Assembly: GCA_046497275.1 (NCBI GenBank) | Contig: JAWOFX010000083.1 | Span: 1 to 32,000, forward strand | Direction of reading: 5' to 3' | DNA from: Promethearchaeia archaeon | GTDB taxonomy: Archaea > Asgardarchaeota > Lokiarchaeia > Sigyniarchaeales > SOKP01 | Length of the DNA: 32,000 bases | Shown: in pieces, positions 17,730 to 27,924 of the stretch | Numbering within the stretch: the stretch's first letter is position 1 | Layout of the letters: every line of letters starts with the position of its first letter | The notes under the pieces: generated by a model | What the model saw: only the letters and a program-made list of their open reading frames with translations | Database searches by the model: none | What the model was told of the DNA's origin: nothing | Translations under genes and position numbers: made by a program

Positions 17730-20700
17730 TCATTGAGATTCTTCAGAATACTCTAAAAATGTGTTAACCTTATAATCGGCTTTCTTTGCCAATAATTTCC
17801 ATTTTTTGATGATATTAATAATTTCTTCAACATCCTCTTCTTTTTGATCAGCATCAGCAATCAATCTATTTAGTAATGTAATAAAAGCAAACCAATCGCA
17901 GAAAGTGGAAAATGCCTCAGCACTAAACCATAAAGTATCTTGATATCGGTTCAAATCCAAATATTGTTGAGCATCTGAATCACTAAATAGTTGTTTTAAG
18001 ATAATTGTGATTTTATTTTCTCTCAAAACTTCTTTAGTTAGGAGATTTTGTTGTTTTGTGAGCAGTTTGATTAAAGTCGTTGCTTGAGTAGAATTTAGGT
18101 TTTCCTCTGATTTCAAACCATCTAGAGTTAATTGTATGTATTTTGATAATTGGAATTCATCTATCCAACTACGCGATAATAAGTTATAATTCTTATCAGA
18201 AACGATCTTTCCTAATTGGTGGATGAATAACCATGATAACAGAATTCCCCATTCAAATTTAGTATTTGGAATGATTCCTTCAAGATAATCTATATATTCT
18301 TTATCAAGATCAATCTTTTTTATTTCAGAATCAATATTTAACGCTAGTTTAAGTTTTTTGAGAACTTTTTCTTTAACAATTGCAATCTCATTTTCTCCAG
18401 AGGAATATTTCTTTACTTCTGAAAGAAAATCAGAAAATTTAGTAGATAGACGATCAATAATTTTATCGGGATTTTTCGAACCGATTAATTCTTCAAATTT
18501 TCGGACATTAACTAATTTTTCAAAGGGAGAATGTAATGGTTGATATATTACTTGCGTTAATGTTTGATCAATATTTTGGACACCTCTTCCATTCAATAAA
18601 TCATGTAATTGCGCATAATGGAAATATTCATCATCTTGCACCACTCTAAAATCTAAGAAAGAATAAGTATCATATGCTTTTAATTCAACATATAAACCCT
18701 TCTCGTGAATTTCCTTATTTCTCCTAATATATTCTTGTCCTGAATTATAATCTTTAAAAATACAATATCCTTCTTCTGGAAGATTGAGCCCCTCACCAAG
18801 AGTCTTTTGGATTATCTTTTTATCATCATCATCCTTAACAGCGAATCCGACAGATTGTCTGATAAAACCTTTCGTTTCTGCATATTTGTTATGATAAATG
18901 ATCAGACCTCTTTCCCCATCTATACGATTAGAAAAGGCATACACATCCTCATTAACATAATTCCCAGTAAAAAAATCATACAACAGAAAATTTTGAACAT
19001 CAGCAAACAGATAACGTTTTTTCATTAATGGGAATATTTGATTTTCATGTCTATGAACTAAGTCCCAATCAATTGGTTCATCCCAGTAGGAGCGTTTAAA
19101 TTCCATCCCATATTTTTCCTCAAACCCTTGAATTTGCCCGTGTCCAAACATAGGTAATCCCGGCATAGTCACCAGGAGAGTACATGCTCCAAAATATTTG
19201 TCTCCGTCACCAAATTGTTTGATTGCTGTTTCTTCATCTGGATTGTTCATGAAATTGACAAATCTTTTCAGAATTTTCGGATCAAATCCTAAGGTGTTTT
19301 TTAAAACCGCCCGAAATTTCGCGTTATCTTCATCACTTAACATGTTCATAAAAGAAGAATTATAAACGCGATGCATTCCTAAGGTTCGTACGAAAAATCC
19401 TTCAAGCAACCAAAATGCTTCCGCAATAAGGAGAGTATCAGGATTTTCCTTATTAATTCTATCTACCACTTCTCGCCAAAACTCCTTTGGCATTTTTTCA
19501 TAAAACTCTTCTTTGGTCATCCCGTGCTCAGCTCTTGAAGGAATTGCACCGCCAGTGCCTGGCTGAGGAAACCATAATCTTTGAAAATGTTTTCGAGTTA
19601 ATGTCATTGCGGCATCAAATCTAATAATTGGAAAAAGATGAGAGACATGAAGGATAGTTTGAATAACTGTTTCTCTAACTTGTGGCAATAAATAATTTAA
19701 TTGAGCGGTATCATTCCATGGATAACTAGTTCCATCATTCCCGTGATAAATATATCTGATATCATGATTTCTGTAATCTTCTCTTTTAAAAGCTACGGCG
19801 GCATCACTTCTCGTGAAATATTTATCCTCTAAAAAGATCCCAACATTCGGATCTCCGGAAAGATTCTCTCCAGAATAACTATAGGAAGGAAACGGTTTGT
19901 GGTTAAGTTGAATAAACCAGTCCGGATGTTCCATCGTCCATTTGGAAACGATTGCCGTATGATTTGGAACCATATCGCTTGCTAGTCTTATTCCCCGTTC
20001 ATTAGCTCTTTTCTTAAGATCCTCATAAGACTCTTTTCCACCTAAATCATAAGCTATTATATAATCATAGATAGAATAAGCACTTGCGGCAGCTTCAGGA
20101 TTTCCACACCATTTTTTTATTGTTTCTGAGGCCTTCGAACGTTCCCATATGCCAATTAACCAAAGCGCATTAAAACCCCAATCTCTTAATTTATCCAATT
20201 CTTCATTTGGTATTTCATGAAGTTTCGAAATTAAGCGATTATATTTTTTCGAAAGCTGGTGAATCCATACATATGTATGTTTGGCAATCATGCAAACATG
20301 AGGCATCCAATCTTTATCAGGAGTAAATCTTTCCTCTAAAACATCATATTCGATGACCTTCGACTCTCCCGATCCAATCCCTCTAAACATCTCTTCTTCT
20401 CTTATTAGATCAAGAGCGATCAAAATCTTTAAGCTGAATTTCCCCAAGAAACCAGACCATTTTTCATGAATATATTCTAATTGTTTCTTTATAGAATGTG
20501 GTTCTTCGTTTATCGGGGTCTCTAACAGTTCAATTAGAGTTTGTTTTGTTTGGGAGAATTCTGGCAATTCATCAAAAAAATTCTGAATTTCTTCACAAAC
20601 TTCTTTATAATTTGTTTCTTTCTTTAATGGATCATCACTAAAAAGCTCCATGTAAGGAGAAAAGGCAGGATTATTATTTGCTAACCATAAACTAATGAAT

Positions 20701-21134
20701 TCTGTTTGAATTATCTTTTTCCTCTTAATATCGTTCTTTTTTTCCTCTAAATATTCTTTTGCATTAATTTTATTATTATATACACGTTCCGGAGGAAATT
20801 CTTTTATTAATGTTTTAGAAACTTTCATTAATTTTTTCTCGCCGATGGTTTCTTTGAGATATTTGAAAAGCTCTTCATTAAGAGATATATTTTCAATCTG
20901 TTTGTCATATAAATTAATAATATAATCCATTATCTCATATATTAATGCCATTCCGTTTATTTGACCGATTTTTAAAGCTAATTCTGGAAAATTTATTAAA
21001 TCTTTTTCTTGATTTAATCTCTGAGCAAATAATCTTACGGGATATACTTCTCCGTTGAAAACTAGATTGCCTTCATCTGAGATTTCAAAATCTTCCAATT
21101 TATATTTATTCCGAGCTTTCCGAGAAATTTTCAT
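17730..21134 (-). CDS. Large GH13 alpha-amylase family glycoside hydrolase
   Basis: DMVPNH, RFDAAM (nucleophile Asp), AEAFW (acid/base Glu), NNPDE (Asp). Confidence 0.92.
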   Translation of the reverse strand: MKISRKARNKYKLEDFEISDEGNLVFNGEVYPVRLFAQRLNQEKDLINFPELALKIGQINGMALIYEIMDYIINLYDKQIENISLNEELFKYLKETIGEKKLMKVSKTLIKEFPPERVYNNKINAKEYLEEKKNDIKRKKIIQTEFISLWLANNNPAFSPYMELFSDDPLKKETNYKEVCEEIQNFFDELPEFSQTKQTLIELLETPINEEPHSIKKQLEYIHEKWSGFLGKFSLKILIALDLIREEEMFRGIGSGESKVIEYDVLEERFTPDKDWMPHVCMIAKHTYVWIHQLSKKYNRLISKLHEIPNEELDKLRDWGFNALWLIGIWERSKASETIKKWCGNPEAAASAYSIYDYIIAYDLGGKESYEDLKKRANERGIRLASDMVPNHTAIVSKWTMEHPDWFIQLNHKPFPSYSYSGENLSGDPNVGIFLEDKYFTRSDAAVAFKREDYRNHDIRYIYHGNDGTSYPWNDTAQLNYLLPQVRETVIQTILHVSHLFPIIRFDAAMTLTRKHFQRLWFPQPGTGGAIPSRAEHGMTKEEFYEKMPKEFWREVVDRINKENPDTLLIAEAFWLLEGFFVRTLGMHRVYNSSFMNMLSDEDNAKFRAVLKNTLGFDPKILKRFVNFMNNPDEETAIKQFGDGDKYFGACTLLVTMPGLPMFGHGQIQGFEEKYGMEFKRSYWDEPIDWDLVHRHENQIFPLMKKRYLFADVQNFLLYDFFTGNYVNEDVYAFSNRIDGERGLIIYHNKYAETKGFIRQSVGFAVKDDDDKKIIQKTLGEGLNLPEEGYCIFKDYNSGQEYIRRNKEIHEKGLYVELKAYDTYSFLDFRVVQDDEYFHYAQLHDLLNGRGVQNIDQTLTQVIYQPLHSPFEKLVNVRKFEELIGSKNPDKIIDRLSTKFSDFLSEVKKYSSGENEIAIVKEKVLKKLKLALNIDSEIKKIDLDKEYIDYLEGIIPNTKFEWGILLSWLFIHQLGKIVSDKNYNLLSRSWIDEFQLSKYIQLTLDGLKSEENLNSTQATTLIKLLTKQQNLLTKEVLRENKITIILKQLFSDSDAQQYLDLNRYQDTLWFSAEAFSTFCDWFAFITLLNRLIADADQKEEDVEEIINIIKKWKLLAKKADYKVNTFLEYSEESQ

Positions 21135-21405
21135 AATTTATGTAAGGATCTGCAAAAATGATAAATTTATAGTTCCTTTCTTTTAAGTTGATTTTTTTAA
21201 TTAATTAAATTAATTGAATTTAAGTATTCTTTATTAAATATATAAATTAACTGAGGGACCTTTTTGAAGAACTTAAAGTAACATTGAAAAACTAAGGAAA
21301 ATATAAAAAAAAGATAAATTGTAAATAGCATAAAACTTTATTATACTATATTTAGTAAATTCAATAAAGGATTATTTAATAAGTAGGAATTCAGAGAAAT
21401 TTATT

Positions 21406-22794
21406 ATGGAAGTTAGTGAAATTAATAATTTATCAAAACTCCTTCGAAATGGGAGAATAGTTGGAAGGGCTAATTTTGTATTCACCCCAGAACTTGCAGC
21501 AGAAATTGGTGTAGTTCATGGGAGTATGTTTCAGGAAAATGAATCAATTGTATTTGGGAGAGATTATCATTCAGATTCGAGAATGTTGAAAAGAGGATAT
21601 TCCTCGGGCTTTATGTCGACGGGTGCTAATCTCTTAAATTTATCAGATTGTACAGTTCCTCTTCTTCAGTTTACTATAAGGAGATTTGGAGCAAGTGGAG
21701 GTATTTATTTTAGTGGAGGTCATTTATATTCCGAAGATGTAGGGATAAGATTTCTTGACGCCCAAGGAATAGAGATTTCTCAACATGAAATGGATAGAGT
21801 TCTTGAAATGTATAATAATTATCCAAAAAATATAAGAAGGGTTGATCCTAATAAAATTGGGAGATTAACCGCAATACCTCAGACCGAGGATATATATATT
21901 AAATCTTTACAACAATTTGTAGATAAGAAGAGATTAGCGGAACATGATCTAAAAGTCGTTGTGGATTGTTCATATGGACCGACGGGAAAGATAACTCCTT
22001 TATTATTAAATGAACTTGGAATTGAAACTATCGCATTGAATACTCATTATAGGCAAAGAGATTATCCCGTTCCAAATATAAAAACAATAAGAAATACTGC
22101 AGATATTGTGAAAGCATCAAATAGTCATCTTGGAGTATGTTTTGATGTAGATGGTTCAAGAATATTGATTGTTGATGAAAATGGATTAGAAATTAGTTTT
22201 GAAGATTTACTAATGTTATTCGTATCATATAATAAAAGAATTCAAAATTCTACAGGAAGTACTATCGTCACAACTCCTGCAATCTCATCAGTAGTCAAAG
22301 AATATATCGAAGAAAGTGGATTTCCTTTGAAAACAATCGAAAATTTCCCAGGTGAATTATCAAGACAAATAAGAGAAGAAAGAGCATGTTTTGCAGCTTC
22401 CGATACCTTAAAATTTTATTTTCCTAATTATGCACCATTCTCTGATGGAAATTTTATATTGCTTAAGATCTTAGAGATTATGACCGAACAAAATGATTTA
22501 TTAAGCTCTTTGACAAGGGGGTTTCCAAAAGGAATAAAAGTGAATAAAACAATTCCTATTTCCTCTGATATTATCGATAAAATTCATAATAAATTGAGAG
22601 AAATAACAGAGAATAAAAATTATACCTTCCATGATATTATAAACGAATTAAAAATTATCCAAGACGATGTATATACCAACATCAAGGTTGCTCTTTATAG
22701 AGATGCCCTTTTACTTTCTGCAGAATCAGATAATAAAGATAAAGCACGAAAAATGATTTTAGAAATGGAAAAAATGATCGCTGAGATCCAGTGA
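21406..22794 (+). CDS. Phosphomannomutase/phosphoglucomutase-like protein with degenerate active site
   Basis: TPE, GRD, SRMLKR and VVVDCSYG are PMM-like. SGGH replaces TASH and DVDGSR replaces DxDxDR. Confidence 0.85.
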   Translation: MEVSEINNLSKLLRNGRIVGRANFVFTPELAAEIGVVHGSMFQENESIVFGRDYHSDSRMLKRGYSSGFMSTGANLLNLSDCTVPLLQFTIRRFGASGGIYFSGGHLYSEDVGIRFLDAQGIEISQHEMDRVLEMYNNYPKNIRRVDPNKIGRLTAIPQTEDIYIKSLQQFVDKKRLAEHDLKVVVDCSYGPTGKITPLLLNELGIETIALNTHYRQRDYPVPNIKTIRNTADIVKASNSHLGVCFDVDGSRILIVDENGLEISFEDLLMLFVSYNKRIQNSTGSTIVTTPAISSVVKEYIEESGFPLKTIENFPGELSRQIREERACFAASDTLKFYFPNYAPFSDGNFILLKILEIMTEQNDLLSSLTRGFPKGIKVNKTIPISSDIIDKIHNKLREITENKNYTFHDIINELKIIQDDVYTNIKVALYRDALLLSAESDNKDKARKMILEMEKMIAEIQ

Positions 22795-22942
22795 TTTAGT
22801 AGATTACTAAAGATTTTTTTCATTAAGATCTATATTAAAAAATTTTTTACAATTATTGGCGTATTAAAAGTTTAATATAAATAAAGCCATTATTAATATA
22901 ATTCATAATAATAATAATAATAAAAAAAAGGATGGTTATATC

Positions 22943-23614
22943 TTGACAACTCTAGATCTAAATAGTTGGATATTTTTAATCACTTTCTTCTTGATTTTTG
23001 GTATTTTTCTCTTCTTTGACATTTTTAAAAGAAATGAACGTTATCGGTATTTAGCCTATTTAGTTGCGCTTTTACCCATCAATTATTTGTGGCTTTTAGG
23101 ATTCGATATTATCTTAACCTATTCGATATTGTTTGGATTATGGATCCTCTGCATATTCAGAGATATTATTCTGGTATATCGTAAAACGAAAGAATATAAT
23201 GATATATTTATGTTCTTTATATTAGCGGTAATTGTTCAAATTGTAGCTTCATCCATAATTCCAGAAATAGCTACTTATCTTAAACCAAATGGGACAAATT
23301 TTACTTCGAAATTATGGTTCTTTTATTTGCCAGATATTTATGCTGCTGGAGTGGTTACTGAGTTTGTATTAGCTTTCCGACTTTTAATGACAACATTACT
23401 TATTTTCATAATGGGGCCATTATTGTTAGATATTAAAGGTGAGGATATTCCGTTTCCAGTACTTTTGGTCATTGTTGCAATTTTCTTTATCCCGTTTTTG
23501 TTTTTAAGTTATATCTGGGTCCCAGATGCTATTTGGGTGTTATCATTTCTATTCTGTGTCATACTTTTCATAGTTTTGCTCATAATAACAAAAAGCGGAA
23601 AAGAAGTAAAATAA
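22943..23614 (+). CDS. Multi-pass membrane protein, hypothetical (TTG start)
   Basis: 223 aa with about 7 hydrophobic segments. Confidence 0.75.
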   Translation: MTTLDLNSWIFLITFFLIFGIFLFFDIFKRNERYRYLAYLVALLPINYLWLLGFDIILTYSILFGLWILCIFRDIILVYRKTKEYNDIFMFFILAVIVQIVASSIIPEIATYLKPNGTNFTSKLWFFYLPDIYAAGVVTEFVLAFRLLMTTLLIFIMGPLLLDIKGEDIPFPVLLVIVAIFFIPFLFLSYIWVPDAIWVLSFLFCVILFIVLLIITKSGKEVK

Positions 23615-23727
23615 AATATTTCAATTTTCTTTTGTTTATTAATAATTTATCTCATTATTTTTTATATTTAAATTACTATTAAAATTGTAGAGATTCATAT
23701 TTTTTAGAAAATTTTTTAGAGATTATA

Positions 23728-24708
23728 ATGTCAAATAAAGGAGAAAATACTGAAGACGATAATAAAAAGGAAGAGTATAATTTAGATGATATCCCCGGAG
23801 TAGGAGATGCAACTAAAAAGAAATTAAGAGATGCGGGGATTCTTAAAGTAAGATCACTTGCTCTATATCCAATAACTAAACTCATGGAAGATGCGGGGTT
23901 AGGAGAAAAAACATCGTTAAAACTTATAAAAGCAGCTCAAGATCTTGAAAAGATGGGGTTCAAATCTGCTGAGCTAATATGGGAGAAACGTAGAGATTTG
24001 AAAAGAATAACAACTGGAAGTAATAATCTTGATGAATTATTAGGGGGCGGAATAGAATCGGGATCCGTCACTGAATTATTTGGAGAGTATAGAACAGGAA
24101 AAACTCAAATTGCTCACCAATTATGTGTTAACGTTCAATTACCTTATGAAGAGGGCGGTATAGAGGGGGGAGCATTATATATAGATGCAGAAGGGACATT
24201 TAGACCTGAACGAATTATAAGTATGGCAGAAGCTAAGGATTTAGATTACAATGAGGTACTTAAAAATATCGTTATAGGACGAGCTTATAATAGTGATCAT
24301 CAAATACTCTTAGCAAAAGAAGCTTCAAAAATTATAGAAGAGAAAAATATTAAATTAATAATCGTTGATTCAATTATAAGTCATTTCAGAAGCGAATATA
24401 TTGGGCGTGGGACTCTCGCTACAAGGCAACAAATCCTAAATACTCATATCCATGATTTATTACGACTAAGTGAAACATATGAGGAAATGGCGGTTTTATT
24501 CACTAATCAGGTATCTTCCAAACCAGATGTGTTTTATGGAAATCCTATAACCCACACGGGTGGTAATATAATAGCCCATGGTGCCACTATACGAATATAT
24601 CTGAGAAAAGGAAAGGGTGAACAAAGAGTTGCTAAAGTTATTGATGCCCCTAATCTCCCTGAAGCTGATGCTATATTTACCATTACAGATGATGGGATTA
24701 GAGACTAA
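23728..24708 (+). CDS. radA: DNA repair and recombination protein RadA
   Basis: N-terminal HhH (IPGVG), GGGIESG, Walker A GEYRTGKT, TFRPER, Walker B IIVDS, RGTLATRQ, TNQV, GGNIIAH, LRKG. Confidence 0.96.
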   Translation: MSNKGENTEDDNKKEEYNLDDIPGVGDATKKKLRDAGILKVRSLALYPITKLMEDAGLGEKTSLKLIKAAQDLEKMGFKSAELIWEKRRDLKRITTGSNNLDELLGGGIESGSVTELFGEYRTGKTQIAHQLCVNVQLPYEEGGIEGGALYIDAEGTFRPERIISMAEAKDLDYNEVLKNIVIGRAYNSDHQILLAKEASKIIEEKNIKLIIVDSIISHFRSEYIGRGTLATRQQILNTHIHDLLRLSETYEEMAVLFTNQVSSKPDVFYGNPITHTGGNIIAHGATIRIYLRKGKGEQRVAKVIDAPNLPEADAIFTITDDGIRD

Positions 24709-24781
24709 TCTAGAAATAAATCTTTAAAATAATCTTTATCTCTCTAAATTGATTCAATTAAACTTTTTTTAAGATATTAAT

Positions 24782-25498
24782 ATGGTAAAAATTACGGTTT
24801 TAGTTGATGATTTAAATGGAGCTATAAATGGTTTTGTATGTTCATATGGATTTTCAGCATTAATCGAACTTGATGAAAATAAAATTTTATTTGATACAGG
24901 TACAGAAGAAGAACCATTGGCAAAAAATTTGAAGTTAATGGGTTATTCTCCAAAGGATCTTGATGCAGTTATTCTAAGTCATAACCATTATGATCATACA
25001 AATGGATTGCCTATTCTTCTGAAAGATAACCCAGATCTTCCTGTTTATGTTCATAAAAAGTGGGATAAAGATATTAACTACAAAGGGTGCAAAATTCCCA
25101 CTAGGAATAAGATAATTCTAGAACATGGGAACTGTGTGGATGACATAAACTCTAATATATTTATTACTGATTCCTTTTACTCATCTGATTATGGGGGTGT
25201 ATATGAACATGCTTGTTATATAAAAAAAAATTCTCATTTTATTCTCATCTGTGGATGTTGTCATCCTGGACTCAATAAATTCCTTCAGAATAGAGAAAGA
25301 CTCAAAATTAATACAGACTCTTTGACAATTATGGGTGGTCTTCATGGTTTTAGATTTAGTGACAATGAGGCAGAAAATATTAATCCAAAATTAGATGAGA
25401 TTATCCTTTGTCACTGTACATCTAATATAAAAACGTACCAGAATCAATTTAAGGAAAAATGCTCTATCGGACTAGTCGGTAAAACTTATCTCTTCTAA
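24782..25498 (+). CDS. MBL-fold metallo-hydrolase (COG1237-like)
   Basis: FDTG, SHNHYDH, GCCHPG, GGLH, HCT. Confidence 0.9.
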   Translation: MVKITVLVDDLNGAINGFVCSYGFSALIELDENKILFDTGTEEEPLAKNLKLMGYSPKDLDAVILSHNHYDHTNGLPILLKDNPDLPVYVHKKWDKDINYKGCKIPTRNKIILEHGNCVDDINSNIFITDSFYSSDYGGVYEHACYIKKNSHFILICGCCHPGLNKFLQNRERLKINTDSLTIMGGLHGFRFSDNEAENINPKLDEIILCHCTSNIKTYQNQFKEKCSIGLVGKTYLF

Positions 25499-25594
25499 TT
25501 AGATCTGTATTTTGGTCTTCTAAAACATAAAATAAATTTAAATTTAAAAAAATGGTAAAAATAGTAAAGAAAAAATAAGAAAAAATATAAAATC

Positions 25595-26038
25595 TCAATA
25601 ATCAAGAGTAACATCCACATTTATTCCTTCTCGGACAGCTTGTGTAACTGTACAGTAATCCTCAAACATTTTACGACATCTATCTGCTCGTTTTCTCATG
25701 TCAGGAGTATCTATTTTTGGTTTTATAACCACATCAATATTTTGAACTCTCCAAAATCCTTTTTCATTCCTAGCAACTGTAACTTCTGCTTTAGCGTTCA
25801 AATCTTCGACTTTAAAATCTTTCTTTTTTAGACAAAAGATAAAACTTGCACTCAAACATGCTAATACAGCCATTCCCAACATTCTTGAAGGATTAGGGCC
25901 CCACATTTCAGCCGGCTTCTTATTTGTTTCATCAATGTAACAATCTTCTACCTTAATCTCTGCTAGATCACATTCAAATATCATTTCTTTTTTTAGGTGG
26001 ATTCCTACTTCGGTTTTCATTTGATCTGAATCAGACAT
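25595..26038 (-). CDS. OsmC/Ohr family protein
   Basis: GPNP..ML..A..AC and YCTV (two conserved Cys). Confidence 0.88.
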   Translation of the reverse strand: MSDSDQMKTEVGIHLKKEMIFECDLAEIKVEDCYIDETNKKPAEMWGPNPSRMLGMAVLACLSASFIFCLKKKDFKVEDLNAKAEVTVARNEKGFWRVQNIDVVIKPKIDTPDMRKRADRCRKMFEDYCTVTQAVREGINVDVTLDY

Positions 26039-26216
26039 TTTATTTAATTACTCCAATTTAATTTTTATATAATCTATATTCGCAAATTTGAGTTTTTTAA
26101 TTTTTATGTAATAAAAAATTAATTAATCAAAATAGTCATATTGAAAATTAAAAACAATCTTTTAATTAACTTATTTAGAGTTGTAGTTATGCAATAATTT
26201 GTATTTCTTTTATTAC

Positions 26217-26816
26217 TCAACCTTCTTCGAGTTTTTTCAATTTATAATGTCTTGAGAGATGAAAAAACAAGAAAGGAAAATAGAAAAAGATGATATAAAA
26301 ATAGTTTAAAGTAAATATAAATACAACTAAAAGCATGAAAACGAAGAGGATTAACTCACTAAATAATAAAAATTTGTTATTATAATATTTAAAATCGAAA
26401 AAAGATGCAGGTGTTTTATATTTCGATAGATATTCTTCTAAATTTTCCCGTTCTTCTTTTGTAATCAAAAATCTTAACCCAATAGTTTTATGGGAAAAAT
26501 AAAAAAAATTTGTGCCCCAATCAAAAGTATCAATAAAAACGTGTAAAAAATAGACAAAACCACTTATAATTAAGGCAATCCAATTTAAAAATAGACCTAT
26601 AACAATAATAATTATGCTTGGAATTATTGAATGAGAAATAAGGTTTCTATGATTTTTGTCTTTCGCATATTTAGAAAAAAATACATCAAAATCGCAAATA
26701 AAGGAAGCTATAATAATTAGACTATATTCAATAAAATTTAATTTAAGCAAATACGAGGATAGAGAAGCAATAATGACTCCTATAGCAAAATGGGAATTAA
26801 TATGAATGTTAATCAC
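26217..26816 (-). CDS. Membrane-bound metal-dependent hydrolase (YdjM-like)
   Basis: H, DFD, HRNLISHS, HVFID motifs; hydrophobic segments; start overlaps the stop of the upstream PfkB gene. Confidence 0.8.
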   Translation of the reverse strand: MINIHINSHFAIGVIIASLSSYLLKLNFIEYSLIIIASFICDFDVFFSKYAKDKNHRNLISHSIIPSIIIIVIGLFLNWIALIISGFVYFLHVFIDTFDWGTNFFYFSHKTIGLRFLITKEERENLEEYLSKYKTPASFFDFKYYNNKFLLFSELILFVFMLLVVFIFTLNYFYIIFFYFPFLFFHLSRHYKLKKLEEG

Positions 26817-27778
26817 CCCTCCCTTTTAATAATCACTCCTTTTTGAATTCGTTCATAAACTTTTTGTTTTGATTTAAACCCGTTAACACCTTTCTCTTCT
26901 ATCTCAAAAGAAGCAGCAGAGGATGCTAAATATGCCGCATTTTTGATCGCTTTCCAAGATTTATCTGAGTTTAGGAATTCATACAAAAAAATTGCTAAGT
27001 ACACATCTCCCGCGCCAGTTTCATCAATCACTTGAACTGGTTGAAATGCAGGGATTTTGATTAGTTTTTTATCTTTTTTTGCTACGAAAGACCCAAATTC
27101 TCCTAAAGTCATAATAGATATACAATTAAATTGTTTGAAATAATCCATTATTTCATTCCAATCATGCTTTCCAGATACTAGTTTCATCTCCTCCTCAGAA
27201 CCTTTTAAGATAAGGCGTTCACCCAATAATTTGATAATTTTATTTAATCTCTCTATTAAGATATCATCTCTTTTGAGAACTATTTTACCCCTTGAATTAA
27301 TTTTCCGTATAAACCCTTGTAGATCTATTCCGTAATACAAATCTCTAAATTGATTTTCCATATTAAAAACAAAATTGTATGAGATTTCATTACATATTGG
27401 GACAAAACATACTGCATCTGGAGGATTGTTGAATAATTTTTCGGGTAGATCCTCAAACATTAAATCTGGACACCTTGATTTGAGCTTTAATTTTCTCGAA
27501 TGGTTAATATATTTTAAGACAAATTTGGTTGGGTCTTTTTCAACCAATTTCAAACCATCTAAATTAATATTATTATTCTTTAATGGTTTCAAAATTGAAT
27601 TTTTATAGAGTACTTTGCTAAAATTTGAAATAATACCAATATCGACATCTTTATCATATTCTCTTAAAGATAGAGAACAATATGATACGGACCCTCCGAG
27701 AGAGGGATTTGTTTTCTTTCCTAGTTTGAAAACAGTATCTATGGCAATATGCCCTATAAAGAGAATATGTTGTTTCAA
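26813..27778 (-). CDS. PfkB family carbohydrate kinase
   Basis: GHIAID, GGSVSY, TLGEFGS, DETGAGD. Confidence 0.92.
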   Translation of the reverse strand: MKQHILFIGHIAIDTVFKLGKKTNPSLGGSVSYCSLSLREYDKDVDIGIISNFSKVLYKNSILKPLKNNNINLDGLKLVEKDPTKFVLKYINHSRKLKLKSRCPDLMFEDLPEKLFNNPPDAVCFVPICNEISYNFVFNMENQFRDLYYGIDLQGFIRKINSRGKIVLKRDDILIERLNKIIKLLGERLILKGSEEEMKLVSGKHDWNEIMDYFKQFNCISIMTLGEFGSFVAKKDKKLIKIPAFQPVQVIDETGAGDVYLAIFLYEFLNSDKSWKAIKNAAYLASSAASFEIEEKGVNGFKSKQKVYERIQKGVIIKREG

Positions 27779-27924
27779 GAATATTCACCTAGTAGGTTAA
27801 AATGAAGCATTTCAAATAAATTAGGTGGAAAAAGCCTTAAATTTATGATAAGAGAAAAAGATTAGTTTAAAAAATTTCAGAAAATTTTTGAGAAAAATTA
27901 ATAATTTAGAAGATTAATGCAATT

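Noticed and set aside
22897-22925. (TAA)n short repeat
   Set aside because: Low-complexity AT-rich intergenic sequence, expected by chance.
23728-24708. Intein or intron in radA
   Set aside because: The protein is normal length (326 aa) and continuous across the Walker A region.
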